Below the pieces are notes generated by a model. The model saw only the letters and a list, made by a program, of their open reading frames with translations. It had not been told where the DNA came from and did not search any database. From the NCBI GenBank assembly GCA_963662275.1, contig OY759316.1, forward strand, positions 1,664,001 through 1,728,000: a stretch of 64,000 bases of DNA, in the 5' to 3' direction. Origin of the DNA: Candidatus Cloacimonadales bacterium (lineage in GTDB: Bacteria; Cloacimonadota; Cloacimonadia; Cloacimonadales; DAONDQ01). This document shows, in pieces, positions 1-11,100 of this stretch. Position 1 is the stretch's first letter. Each line of letters starts with the position of its first letter. Position numbers and translations under genes: made by a program.

Positions 1-1350
1 CCTATAGTTTCTTCCACGAATGTTGTATTTAAGCTCGTTGACAGTATTGCACCTAATTATTCTGTTAGCAGTACAGCATTTACCATCATTCTCCCGAATA
101 TTTCAGTAAACAAGACATCAATGGCTTTCGGAATCCTCCTTGCCAATACAACTGCAACAGATACGTTCTCTATATCAAACACAGGAACTGTACCTTTGAG
201 CGGTAACATTACGACACCTACAGGATATAGTGTCGATATAAGCAGAGGAACCGATAAAGAACTTACTATGTCGAAGAATAATACCCAAAGAAAAACAAGA
301 AATGCTGATTTGGGTAGAAATACTCTATCTTATACAGTACCCGCCAATAGCAGTGCGAGCTTTACCGTCACATTCGCCCCTATTCTGGCACAGGCATACA
401 ACGGAAATGTTTCCATCACCCATAATGCCGCCGGGAATACTAAGACAATTTCTCTCACAGGGCAGGGAATAACTAAACCAACAATAGCTATTTCAGATAC
501 AGTATTTACAATCGTCGATCGTTATACACTTCAAGGTGTTCTAAATGTGAATTTTGCCAATATCGGTTCGAAGACATTACATTATAGTTTGGCTCTTTCG
601 GGAACGGTAAGCTGGCTCACAAATATATTATTTGATGATGGAATTAATGCTGTTAGCGGAACTTCTTTTGCTGATTCCATAGCCGTGGGTGCTGATCCTC
701 AATATCTTCATATAGAATATTTGCTTAGCGAATTGCCAGCAGGTACACATACAGCCACATTTATCGGCACTTCGGATGATCCTGCTCGCCCGACCTTTAC
801 TATCACTGTGACAGCGATCGGCACATCAACGGTTAGCTTCATCTCACCTGCTGGTGGTGAAATCTGGGCTGCAGGTTCTGTTCAAACGATTAGCTGGAAC
901 TATTCGGGGACTGGACATACCGTACTAATGCAATATACTACCAATGGTGGAGCTAATTGGTCAAGCGCTGTCAGATTATCCACTGTACAAGGAGTAAATA
1001 CTGCAACATGGGAACTACCCAATGTGACGTCCAGCAATTGCAAAATTACTCTGAAAGATTTCTCTGGTGGATTTTATACCTTTACAAGTAATCTTTTTAC
1101 CATAGAACCGGCACCTACAATACCAACTTCCGTGAATTCCACAAGGTATCCTGCCACGGGTGATATAGTGCTCACCTGGGGTCAGTCCATCGGATTAGTA
1201 CATGGATATAAGATATACAGCAGTCTCGACGGTTCTTTCCAGGGTGATAACAAAATACTTGAAGCAACTACCGATCCATCAACCAGATCATTTACAATAC
1301 CAGCAGCAAGTACTGTTCGTGCCAACTTCTATCGGGTTACTGCTTATTAG
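1..1350 (+). CDS. Secreted/surface protein with Ig-like (ASH/choice-of-anchor-D-like) repeats, 5'-truncated by the window
   Basis: Frame is open from base 1 (PIVSSTNVVF...) into the listed ORF. Thr/Ser/Gly-rich beta-strand repeats (FSISNTGTVPLSGNIT, SPAGGEIW); ends FYRVTAY. Confidence 0.7.
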   Translation, partial: PIVSSTNVVFKLVDSIAPNYSVSSTAFTIILPNISVNKTSMAFGILLANTTATDTFSISNTGTVPLSGNITTPTGYSVDISRGTDKELTMSKNNTQRKTRNADLGRNTLSYTVPANSSASFTVTFAPILAQAYNGNVSITHNAAGNTKTISLTGQGITKPTIAISDTVFTIVDRYTLQGVLNVNFANIGSKTLHYSLALSGTVSWLTNILFDDGINAVSGTSFADSIAVGADPQYLHIEYLLSELPAGTHTATFIGTSDDPARPTFTITVTAIGTSTVSFISPAGGEIWAAGSVQTISWNYSGTGHTVLMQYTTNGGANWSSAVRLSTVQGVNTATWELPNVTSSNCKITLKDFSGGFYTFTSNLFTIEPAPTIPTSVNSTRYPATGDIVLTWGQSIGLVHGYKIYSSLDGSFQGDNKILEATTDPSTRSFTIPAASTVRANFYRVTAY

Positions 1351-1377
1351 AAAGCATAATCTCTTCAAAATATAAAT

Positions 1378-1411
1378 TAAAGCGGTTGTCCAAACTGGGC
1401 AACCGCTTTTA
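1378..1411. terminator. Bidirectional intrinsic terminator
   Basis: aaagcggttg-tccaaactggg-caaccgcttt hairpin with A/T tails, between convergent genes. Confidence 0.8.
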
Positions 1412-1422
1412 CATTAAATGAT

Positions 1423-1734
1423 TCAATTACAATCAAACTGACCCATAAAACTCATCACTTCCTTCAAACTGCAATTGTCTGAAAAACGATAGAGGATACG
1501 ATTGCCTTGTCTTTCATAATCCAGTACTCCGCTATCTTTCAGGATTTTGAGATGTTTGGAGATATAGGGTTGAGGAATATCCAAATCGGTGAAGATATCA
1601 CTGACGCTGCATCCGTTTTCAATGCGTTTGCAACACTCATTCAGTAAAAAATGAAGAATTCTTAAGCGTATTGGATTGGCAAGCACTTGGAACAATTCAG
1701 TGAGACGCTCATAGTTCCATTCTTTTTCCTTCAT
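1423..1734 (-). CDS. arsR: ArsR/SmtB family metalloregulator
   Basis: LANPIRLRIL...IPQPYISKHLKILKDSG...RQGNRILY winged HTH; CC..C cysteines. Start at 1734 overlaps the hgcB stop (ATGA). Confidence 0.85.
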   Translation of the reverse strand: MKEKEWNYERLTELFQVLANPIRLRILHFLLNECCKRIENGCSVSDIFTDLDIPQPYISKHLKILKDSGVLDYERQGNRILYRFSDNCSLKEVMSFMGQFDCN

Positions 1735-2021
1735 ATACCACACCCGCAGCCTTTCTTATCTTTTTCGTCTCCACATCCACAGCCTGAGCCTTTTGGCTGA
1801 GTTTTCAGAATATCTTCTTTCAACACTGCAATCAAACAGCCGGTTCCCTTGGTCAGTTCAATTGCATTGACAGGGCAATTCAAACTGCAAGCACCGCATT
1901 CCAAGCAACCGATCTTATCAAATACGACTGCTTTGTTAGATTCCATCCTGATTACTCCGGGAGGGCATATTCCAGGGCATAGACCACAGCCTGTGCATAT
2001 TTCAGGTTTGATTTCTATCAT
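1731..2021 (-). CDS. hgcB: HgcB-type 2[4Fe-4S] ferredoxin (mercury methylation)
   Basis: CTGCGLCPGICP and CLECGACSLNCP motifs; Cys-rich tail GCGCG...GCGCGI; directly after hgcA with ATGA overlap and AAAGGAG RBS. Confidence 0.8.
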   Translation of the reverse strand: MIEIKPEICTGCGLCPGICPPGVIRMESNKAVVFDKIGCLECGACSLNCPVNAIELTKGTGCLIAVLKEDILKTQPKGSGCGCGDEKDKKGCGCGI

Positions 2022-3007
2022 GAGATGACTCCTTTCCAAATGATGGATACAAAAGATATTAGTAGAATAAACACGGATATGGGAAGATAGATGATCGTTT
2101 CTCTTCGTACTTCACTGTAATTGCTGACACCGCTATTGCCAGTGTAATACAAGCTGAAGAAAAGACTTGCACCAACTGTAAAGCTAACGTAAAAAACCCA
2201 ATCAAGTACCCTGTGAATTCCATAATGATTAAGAATGGCAACAAATAAAGCTGAAAGGATAAAGAAAAGAGAAATTCCCTTCTTGGCAAAGCTCTTAGTC
2301 GGCAACCAGGGGAACATTAAGATATAGATAGTGGTAATAGTAAGCCCGATTGGTATGACCTGCCACCAAATACCCGTATTCAGCCATAAATGAATCGCTA
2401 AAAGAACAATAGCTCCAATGCCGAGATATACCGTGAATTGAATGAATGTTGGTATAAGAGTGAATAACCGATCTCGAAGGTCAAACTTGTAATGGGAATC
2501 AATACTGTTCTTAAAGGGTCGTTTCGTTAGAAAAGCAGGCAGTTCTTCCAAATAGATAGGACCAATGATCGGATCGATATCATAGGGACGAAGATCTGAA
2601 AGCTTAACACCGGAAAGGGATAGTTTGGGTAGGATCAATTGAAGCTTGGCTTCATTCGTAAGTATTTCTTTGGGATACTTTGCCAATTGCTTAAGAATCT
2701 CCTGGGCATTGAATTGTCCTTTACCTGCTGAACACCAGACATTGATACCTTTGGTATCGATAACAAGAACTCGAACAGGAATTCTGCGCATCTTTCTCCA
2801 TACCAGGAAGACAGTCATATGATAATTGCATGTGACGATCATGGGAGTATTCATATCGTACTCTTTTCCCGTAAAGTATAATCCGGGTTCAATAGAAAAG
2901 GTTCGTCGATAGGAGAGAATCCAGGATATAAGAACCTTGAAGTAATCAAGTATCGTAAAGTTAAGGGATATTGGTGCTTCAGTAGCATTTCCACAACATT
3001 TATTCAT
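2018..3007 (-). CDS. hgcA: HgcA mercury methylation corrinoid protein
   Basis: PGLY..G, VTCNY, cap helix GINVWCSAGKG, LPKLS, GP motifs, then about 5 TM helices. Start reassigned to ATG 3007 (GAGGA RBS, MNKCCG). Confidence 0.88.
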   Translation of the reverse strand: MNKCCGNATEAPISLNFTILDYFKVLISWILSYRRTFSIEPGLYFTGKEYDMNTPMIVTCNYHMTVFLVWRKMRRIPVRVLVIDTKGINVWCSAGKGQFNAQEILKQLAKYPKEILTNEAKLQLILPKLSLSGVKLSDLRPYDIDPIIGPIYLEELPAFLTKRPFKNSIDSHYKFDLRDRLFTLIPTFIQFTVYLGIGAIVLLAIHLWLNTGIWWQVIPIGLTITTIYILMFPWLPTKSFAKKGISLFFILSALFVAILNHYGIHRVLDWVFYVSFTVGASLFFSLYYTGNSGVSNYSEVRRETIIYLPISVFILLISFVSIIWKGVIS

Positions 3008-3048
3008 GGTAATTTCCTCTTGAATTAATATTAGATATTCCATTAAGG

Positions 3049-3079
3049 GTATATACTGTATACGGCATATACTTGTCAA
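3049..3079 (-). promoter_or_regulatory. hgcA promoter -35 (TTGACA) with an adjacent 24-bp palindromic operator
   Basis: TTGACA on the minus strand at 3079-3074. gtatatactgtatacggcatatac (3049-3072) pairs at 10 of 12 positions. Confidence 0.55.
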
Positions 3080-3339
3080 GGGAAATCGATAAAATCATGA
3101 ATACTTCTTGTAGCACCGCCTTTAACATGAAAGCTGAGGATTTGGAGTTCAAATGCCCTAAACAAATTATCATTGAATACCTGATTAAAAGGGCATTCGG
3201 ACTTCAAACCCGACCTTTCATCATCGGTAGCGAAAACTCGTTTTCTGGGAAGTTCAAACCGAACACATATTGCACATGATATATACTGGAATAAATCCTA
3301 ATTCTTACTTAACTTAAACCTATGTCATACCAAATTCAC

Positions 3340-3405
3340 GAAACAGGAATGAAACAGGAATGAAACAGGAATGAAACAGGATTGAAACTGGATTGAAACT
3401 GGTAT
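3340..3405. repeat. 11-bp tandem repeat x6 (GAAAC[A/T]GG[A/T][A/T]T)
   Basis: gaaacaggaat x3, gaaacaggatt, gaaactggatt, gaaactggtat. Confidence 0.9.
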
Positions 3406-3452
3406 AAATTAAGGGGTATCTAAAGGAGTTCAGATTCACCCACAACCATCCA

Positions 3453-3545
3453 GAATCTCGTAGAGATGACAGATAATAACCCATAGCGTGAGCTATGGGA
3501 AAATAACCCCCACAAACCTTTAAAACCCCTGCAAGGGGTGGCACT
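3453..3545. repeat. REP-like palindromic element (aatctcg.agagatga / cccatagcgtgagctatggg / aaacccctgcaagggg family)
   Basis: Related copies at ~37848-37937, 15030-15112 (reverse), 17180-17262 (reverse), 38345 onward and 41045. Confidence 0.7.
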
Positions 3546-3699
3546 TCCTTTGTTTGATTTTTGTTATTGACATAAATATTTCACTTTGATATCTGCATAA
3601 ACTAAAGATTGTTCCTGTGCAATTGAGATTTATCATGTGCGAGATGAAATCCTGAATCAAAGACACACTGTTAATAAATCATCAAAGAGGATGCTAAAT

Positions 3700-4455
3700 A
3701 TGAATAAGAATGAACTTTTAGATTTGTTTTTGGAAGATCCTGAATTGTTGGGTGAGGTGGTTGAAGAAATTGTAGCCCAGTGGAAAGTCATTTTGCAGCA
3801 GGAACAATCAAACGATACAAAGCAACAATTGTTAGAAGTTTCCAAGGCAATTACACGATTGGAAAAAACTCATACTACTGTCAGACCAGAGCTAATAACT
3901 CTTCAATCAAATCTCCTTTATGAACAGTCAAAATTAGATGAATATAAAGCCAAATACGAAAAGCTGATGAATGTGATAATTAGCGTTAATAATCGCAGTG
4001 GTACAGCAAAACAAATCAGATCAAAACTGCCTAGAACAAGAAGAACTGAGACAGATTATTTCTGGAATCGGGAACAGCTTCAAGACCAGGATAGTTCAAT
4101 AGAAAATGAACTATCCCAAACAATTGATTCTGATAGGATTACAGATTTCCGCTTTATGAAAGTAATGAGAGTTTATGTCATTGATACGTGGTATCCAACT
4201 TCAAACTGGAGAGATGTAAAAAAGAATGTATATAATTGCATCATTACTGAAAGACCAGAGGTTGTTCTCAAAGGAGTTCTTGAATATTCTAAGGATGCAA
4301 GCAGATTTAGAACTCCCATAAATCTAATAAATGGTTATTACACGGAAGGAAACCGCTCAGCAAGCGCGATTGTGAAGGAATGCCGTGAAAGCTTGAAGAT
4401 TGCAGGTTTTTCACCCTTTGAGCATTTTCATTTAGAAATTGATATGAAGTCTTAA
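3700..4455 (+). CDS. Coiled-coil protein with SeqA-C-like putative DNA-binding domain
   Basis: N-terminal coiled coil. C-terminal FRTPINLINGYYTEGNRSASAIVKECRE resembles SeqA-C-like domains of restriction-associated proteins. GAGGA RBS before ATG 3700. Confidence 0.45.
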   Translation: MNKNELLDLFLEDPELLGEVVEEIVAQWKVILQQEQSNDTKQQLLEVSKAITRLEKTHTTVRPELITLQSNLLYEQSKLDEYKAKYEKLMNVIISVNNRSGTAKQIRSKLPRTRRTETDYFWNREQLQDQDSSIENELSQTIDSDRITDFRFMKVMRVYVIDTWYPTSNWRDVKKNVYNCIITERPEVVLKGVLEYSKDASRFRTPINLINGYYTEGNRSASAIVKECRESLKIAGFSPFEHFHLEIDMKS

Positions 4456-4583
4456 CGCTTTTTGTTAGGGTTTGTATAAGCATGGGATGATAAATTCCGC
4501 TTTGCCAATGCCGAATCAGAATTCTGTATCCCGTTATTGGTAAATATGTCTTTTAGTATTATCATCATCACCAAGGAGAACCT

Positions 4584-7500
4584 GTGGAATATGAAAATGA
4601 CTATTATCACATTATCTCTAAGTTTTTGAATGACTCTGTAAAAGATATTACCCGCTATTTAAATACTCAATTACCTGAAATCTCAAACAATTGGTGGGTT
4701 GAATTAGTTCTAACAAGCTTGTCTCATCAGCAGAAAGAACGAATTACCAGAGCTAACAACACTTCTCTTGAAGGTTTAGATTTAGCAGCATTATTAAGAG
4801 TCTTCGACGGTAACTGGTATGGTATTTCCTCTCATTTGAATCTTGCACCTGAGATGAGACACTATGTAAAAGAAATGCAGACAGTTCGAAATAGATGGTC
4901 GCATGTAAGCAGTGTAAGAATTGCAGATGACGATATCTACCGTGATCTTGATACACTCCAGAGGTTTCTGATATTAATAAATTCCGATAATGAACTGATA
5001 GAAAGAGTCAAAGAACAAAAAGGTCTTGTATTGGGCAAAGCTAAGAATCAGGAGGATGGTAATTCTATGAATATCAATAAGCAAAACTCAACTGAATCTG
5101 AATTCACAGTTGGTCAGATTGTACGTTTAAAAGCAAATCCTGATCTTCATGGTGCCGTTGTAGTCATCAAGAACGGACAACCGGAAAACCGTTATTCTGT
5201 TTTTATCAATGGTGAAGTGCAAACCTATTATGCTTCACAATTAGATGTACTTGAGAAAGAGCCAGAGTATAAGAAAATATCTGCAGATGAGTTTCATGCT
5301 CTACTTACCGCATTGCAGATTAGATTTCCCAATCTCTCCACTTTATATTCTCTCAATTCAGCCAGAATAGATTTTATCCCTTATCAGTTCAGACCCGTGC
5401 TTAAATTTATTCGTTCTGATCGTCCCCGATTGTTGATTGCAGATAGTGTAGGTGTTGGAAAGACTATCGAAGCTGGCTTGATTTTAAGAGAACTTCAAGC
5501 CCGCAGAGATATCAAGTCTGTTTTGATCATCTGTCCTCGTCCTTTGGTTGTAGAAGAGAAATGGCTGAAAGAAATGAAAAGATTTGATGAGCGGTTTACA
5601 CAATTAAATAGTGCTCTTTTAAGACATTGCATTAGCGAGACTAATTTGGATGGTGTCTGGCCTGAACAGCATAATAAAACAATATTACCGTATTCCCTGT
5701 TTGATGAAACACTGCTTGAAGGAAATCAGAAAAAAGGTGGTAGAACGAAAATAGGTTTATTGAACCTTGATCCACCTCCAAGATTTGATATGGTAATTGT
5801 GGATGAAGCCCATCATATCAGAAATCAGAATACATTCAGACATAAGGCAGTGAAGTTCTTCTGTGATAATGCAGAAGCAGTTGTTTTCCTAACAGCAACA
5901 CCGGTTCAACTTGGAAGTCATGATCTTTTCGTTTTGCTTAACACACTACGCCCTGATTTGATCATTGATCAAGAAAGTTTTACACATTTAGCTGAACCAA
6001 ACGCTTTTATTAATCAGGCTGTATCTTCTGCCAGGAATGCTGAACAGGATTGGCAGTTAAAAACACAGGAAGCCATGAAAGAAGCTGCAAATACTGCCTG
6101 GGGTCAATCAATAATGCAGCACAATCCAGAATATATTAGGATTATTACTGAATTAGCAAATGAATCAGTTACTCCAGAACAAAGAGTCCAAATGATTACG
6201 GAAATTGAGAACCTGCATACCTTTTCCAGTATCATTAATCGTACAAGACGCCGTGACATTGGTAACTTTACGCTCAGAAAGCCCGAAACAGTCATGGTTG
6301 AATTTACTCTAGAGCAGAGCCTGATTCATGATGAGTTACTGAATATTCAAGCCAAGATACTGACAAAGCTTCATGGCGATACCAGTATAAATTTCATGAT
6401 GTCAACTATCAGGAGACAGGCAGCCAGTTGCATCTTTGGATTAGTTCCTTTTCTAAATAGTATTTTATCGCGTCATTTAGATGAATTTGAAGTAACGGAA
6501 TATGATGATTCAGATACCTCTATCATACCCGATAATATCAGTGCAATTCAAGATCAGATTGATGTGATTGTAGATTTGGCTAAACAGATTAGCGAAGATG
6601 ATCCAAAGTTGGAAGCTCTCAGAAAGATTATTGCTGATAAACAACACACGCCAAATAATAAGTTGATGTTATTTAGCAGTTTCAGGCATACATTGAAGTA
6701 CATTTATGAAAACCTTGTTGCAGATGGTTTTAGGGTCGGTTTGATTCATGGTGGAGTACATGATGATGAGCGTCTAGAATTGAGAAGACGATTTGAATTA
6801 CCAAAAGAAGATATTGAAAGCCTCGACATTGTACTCTTTTCAGAAATTGGCTGTGAAGGTCTTGACTATCAATTTTGTGATGCTATGGTCAACTATGACC
6901 TGCCTTGGAATCCCATGCGTATTGAACAGAGAATTGGACGTATCGATAGAAATGGTCAGAAAAGCGAGAAAGTGGTTATCTATAACCTCATTACTCCTGG
7001 AACCATCGATGCTGATATTTATGAACGCTGTCTAATGCGTATAGGTGTTTTCAATAACACAATTGGCGCAGGTGAAGAAATACTGGGTGAGATTACCAAA
7101 GAAATCAAAGATATAGCTGAAAACCTTTCTCTGAATGAAGAAGAACGCAGGGCACGGCTACAGCAATTATCTGATAATAAAATACGTCTGATTCAAGAGC
7201 AGAACGAGCTTGAACAAAAACAGTTGGAGTTATTTGGTATCTTGCTTCCCCAAAACCAGATGAAGAAGGAAATAGAATCAGCAAGCAGTTACTGGCTCAC
7301 TTCTAGTATGCTTGAACACTTGATTAACCGCTATTTAATAACAAAGCTTGGGCTGGATCAAGAGTTTATATTAGGAGAAAAAGAGCTGAAAACGCTGCGT
7401 CTTTCCCAGGAAGCTCGGGCGTTGTTGTTGAAAGATTTGCACCAATTAATACTACCTAAATCATCTGTTCTAAAAGAATGGGAAGATTGGCTGAAAGGCG

Positions 7501-8150
7501 GGAACCAGCATCTGAATATTACTTTTGATTCACAAACCGCCATGATAAATCCTAAGGCTGTGTTAATCAATCCAATTCATCCCTTGATAAAACAAGCTGC
7601 CCATTTTGCTAATACAGAGAAGAATTCTTATGTCATGTTGAAAGTATCTGATGTTGAAGTTCCAGCAGGGTCATATGAGTTCGTTATCTATCAATGGCAA
7701 TTGCATGGCATTAGAAGCGACCTGATTCTTAAGCCTATCACAACATCAGATGTCGTAACGAATAATTTCACAAGATTACTGGAAAAAGCCACTGATATTC
7801 AAACTGCAAATGAACCAATTACAGATAATACTGCATGGGAAAACCTGGAAGAAACACACTATTCGATTTGGAAGAAAGCCAGGGATGAACACAAATCAAA
7901 GACCATCCAGCTCTCTGCCTACCAAAAGGAAAGCCTGAATAAGAGCCACAATGCTCGTATGGCACTTCTGGAAGAGCAATTATCTCAGTCAACAGACGAG
8001 AAAATTCAAAGAATGCGTAGGTCCCAGATTACCAATGCGGAAGCTGATTTTGCAAGAAGAGTACAAGACTTGGATATTGCAGTAGAGAGAGCAGAGATAA
8101 CTGCTGGGGTTGTGATGCATGGGATTTTGACTGTAGAAGTAGAGGATTAG
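4584..8150 (+). CDS. SNF2/RapA-family helicase with N-terminal Swt1-like HEPN domain
   Basis: LDLAALL...RNRWSH (RxxxxH); ADSVGVGKT, DEAH, LTATP, EGLDYQ, NYDLPWNPMRIEQRIGRIDR. AAGGAG RBS before GTG. Confidence 0.85.
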   Translation: MEYENDYYHIISKFLNDSVKDITRYLNTQLPEISNNWWVELVLTSLSHQQKERITRANNTSLEGLDLAALLRVFDGNWYGISSHLNLAPEMRHYVKEMQTVRNRWSHVSSVRIADDDIYRDLDTLQRFLILINSDNELIERVKEQKGLVLGKAKNQEDGNSMNINKQNSTESEFTVGQIVRLKANPDLHGAVVVIKNGQPENRYSVFINGEVQTYYASQLDVLEKEPEYKKISADEFHALLTALQIRFPNLSTLYSLNSARIDFIPYQFRPVLKFIRSDRPRLLIADSVGVGKTIEAGLILRELQARRDIKSVLIICPRPLVVEEKWLKEMKRFDERFTQLNSALLRHCISETNLDGVWPEQHNKTILPYSLFDETLLEGNQKKGGRTKIGLLNLDPPPRFDMVIVDEAHHIRNQNTFRHKAVKFFCDNAEAVVFLTATPVQLGSHDLFVLLNTLRPDLIIDQESFTHLAEPNAFINQAVSSARNAEQDWQLKTQEAMKEAANTAWGQSIMQHNPEYIRIITELANESVTPEQRVQMITEIENLHTFSSIINRTRRRDIGNFTLRKPETVMVEFTLEQSLIHDELLNIQAKILTKLHGDTSINFMMSTIRRQAASCIFGLVPFLNSILSRHLDEFEVTEYDDSDTSIIPDNISAIQDQIDVIVDLAKQISEDDPKLEALRKIIADKQHTPNNKLMLFSSFRHTLKYIYENLVADGFRVGLIHGGVHDDERLELRRRFELPKEDIESLDIVLFSEIGCEGLDYQFCDAMVNYDLPWNPMRIEQRIGRIDRNGQKSEKVVIYNLITPGTIDADIYERCLMRIGVFNNTIGAGEEILGEITKEIKDIAENLSLNEEERRARLQQLSDNKIRLIQEQNELEQKQLELFGILLPQNQMKKEIESASSYWLTSSMLEHLINRYLITKLGLDQEFILGEKELKTLRLSQEARALLLKDLHQLILPKSSVLKEWEDWLKGGNQHLNITFDSQTAMINPKAVLINPIHPLIKQAAHFANTEKNSYVMLKVSDVEVPAGSYEFVIYQWQLHGIRSDLILKPITTSDVVTNNFTRLLEKATDIQTANEPITDNTAWENLEETHYSIWKKARDEHKSKTIQLSAYQKESLNKSHNARMALLEEQLSQSTDEKIQRMRRSQITNAEADFARRVQDLDIAVERAEITAGVVMHGILTVEVED

Positions 8151-8153
8151 ATT

Positions 8154-11100
8154 ATGAGTAAGCAATTTGAAGATATTAAGCAAATTAGAAGAGATAAGTA
8201 CTTGTTAGATGATTCTGAATATAGCAAGGTTATAATTCCAATGTATCAAACATTAAAAAATATTCTAGGGAGTTTGGCAGAAGATCTTAACTCAAAAGAA
8301 ACTCATTTTATATTTGAACTGATTCAAAATGTAGAAGATAACTACTATGATAATTGCAAACCTTCACTTAGTATTCATTTACTAAGACATGATCCCACAA
8401 ATACACCGAACTCAGATGGAGCTTTGCTAATAGTCAATAATGAAATTGGTTTCAATTATTCAAATATTGATGCTATATGTGATGCTAAACATTCAACAAA
8501 AAAGGATATAACGGGATACATAGGGGAGAAAGGTATCGGTTTCAAGTCAGTTTTCAAAGTTACCACCACTCCTCATATCATTTCAGGAGGTTATCAGATA
8601 CGACTACCGAAAGAGCTAAAGTATTCTGACCTTGGATACATAGTACCTGAATGGGTTGAAGATATTCCTATTGGAATAGATACCACAAAAACAAATATCA
8701 TCCTACCGCTTGATGTAGAAAATTATGGGTTTAATAGCATGGCTAAATATCTACGTGATTTTTCTCCTGTGACATTTCTATTTCTTTCAAAATTAACGGA
8801 ACTTAATTTTGCTTCTGATGATGGCTTTAAAAGATCAATACTGAAGGAAGGCACCGCTAATGGGATAACCACTATCAAGGTAAATGGATACAATGGAGAT
8901 GAGATGATTGATTACTCATCTCGATACTTAATGTTTTATGATGATTATAAGAGGCCAGCAGATTTGCATGAGCCTGAGAGAAAGAATGTAAAGACCAGTA
9001 GAATGTATATAGCTCTTCCACTTGATGCAGATAACGAAGAAGGTAAACTTTTTGCTTATCTACCGCTTAACACTGAAACTGGATTACCATTTATCATAAA
9101 TGCAGATTTTATCATCACTAGTTCTAGGGATACTTTACATGAAGACAGACCATGGAACTGCTGGCTTAGAGACAATTTAAATGACCTATATCTTTCTGCC
9201 TTCTCCCATTGGGTACAATCAACAGATCAATTACTTAATCTTTTTTACTATGTTCCTTTAGAAACTAATTCTGACTTCTTCAAGCCAGTCATCCAGCCAA
9301 TCATAGAAGGCTTAAAATCAAAGAAAATTGTGCCAACAGAACCTTTTCAAGAAGGGCAGGATGTATTTTTGGAAATACATTATAAAGTCTTCAGACCTCT
9401 CTCTAAATTCAGGGAACTTCTGAATAGAGATGGCTATCCACAAGAGTTATTGCAAAATAGAATTTTACATGAAGCACTTGATAAGGACAAACTTTCCGAA
9501 GTTTGGTCGAAGTTGGGAGTTGAGACGATTTCATCTGATTCAATTATTCAATGCTTCAAGGATAATCATTGGCTTGAAAAGCAATCTTTGGAATGGTTTG
9601 AAGAAGCACATATTTTTCTTTCAAGCCTTGAGATTGACACTGAAATTCTGAGAGAGTGCTCCATAATACCAATTGCTGACGGAAGTAAATTTACTCTTTC
9701 TAATTGTAAAAAGCAACAGATATTCTTTGCAGGTGCAAGTCAGTTTGACGATTTGTTAACTAAGACTCCAAGTTTTATCTCAGTGTCTGTAGGGTTTATG
9801 TCCGAGGAATTGTATTCAAGAATAATGGAAAATGATAAACTCATGAAATGGTATAAAGAAGTTATGGAAGTTAAAGAACTTACTCTTGATAGCTATATCA
9901 AAGAGATTGTCGGTTTTCTTCACCATAACGACTTACAATGGAGTGATGAAGAAATTTTAGAAGCAACTGAGTTCTTAATTGATTCCGGTTGTGGAAAGTC
10001 ACTTCTCTCTGATATGCCACTTTTAATCAATGATGGTACGCGCAAATCAAAGAATGAAAAGAAAGAGATAGTTACTCCTATGGGTCTTGATATCGAAAGT
10101 GGCTGGCAAAACATCTTCGTTAGTGATGATGACCGTCAACATCTATTAATTCTCTCAGATAAGTACCTATCTATTGAAGAGTCAAAAATAGGAAAGTGTT
10201 TTGAAATGCTATCGGCTACAGAATCTCCGCTATTAAGAACTGATAATTTAAAAGACTTGTATCGTGATACAGAATTTTATGATTATGATTTAATTGTTAG
10301 TGAAGATAAGTTTAGCACTAATGAACTGAAAGAACTAAAAAGAATTGCATATAGATCAACAGGCAATAAAAGGCATATGATGGAGCTGGAGAGAATTATT
10401 TCTCCATCGATAATTTATAAGTCGATTTCTGAATGCCTCAGCATATCTATTCTTAAGTGGTTGAAAGGAATTTCTAAGAGAGGAAAAGATAATGATTATT
10501 CACTGAAGAATAAATTGTTATCGAAAATTACGTATAAATACCGAAATGAAGGACCAGAACCAATCGATTCCGAATTACTGATTTTTTTGAAAACACGCCC
10601 ATGGTTAACCACAAATACTGGATTCTGCATTCCACGTGAAACATTTCAGATGAAGGACGGTATCTATGAAGAGCTAAAAGATGCCGTACCATATGCACCG
10701 AAGGATTTACCTGATTCAATAATACGTCTTCTTGAAATAAATACGGAAGTAACTTTAACACACCTATACGCATTGTTGAAACATCACTCAGAGCATAACA
10801 CGGGAACACTTGCTTTAGTGCAAAGTTTATATTTTGCTCTTAATAGAAGATTGTTAAATGCTGATTCAAACCAGTTGAATGCAGTGAAAGAGTTTGCTAA
10901 GCAAAGAGTAATTCTAAACCCATCAGAAACGGAAAATAGATGGGTATATCGCAAAAATTCTATCTGGAGCGATAGAAGCGATTTATTTGGGGATGAATTC
11001 ATCTACCTTAGTTCTATTTACTCACAGAAGCTCAAAGATTTCTTTATTCAGCGTTTGGGTGTGGAAGAAGATGCTTCAGAAGAGCATTATGCAACGCTTT

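Noticed and set aside
3073..3544. ORFs 3073..3279 and 3320..3544
   Set aside because: They translate dispersed repeats and the 11-bp tandem; no RBS or protein features.
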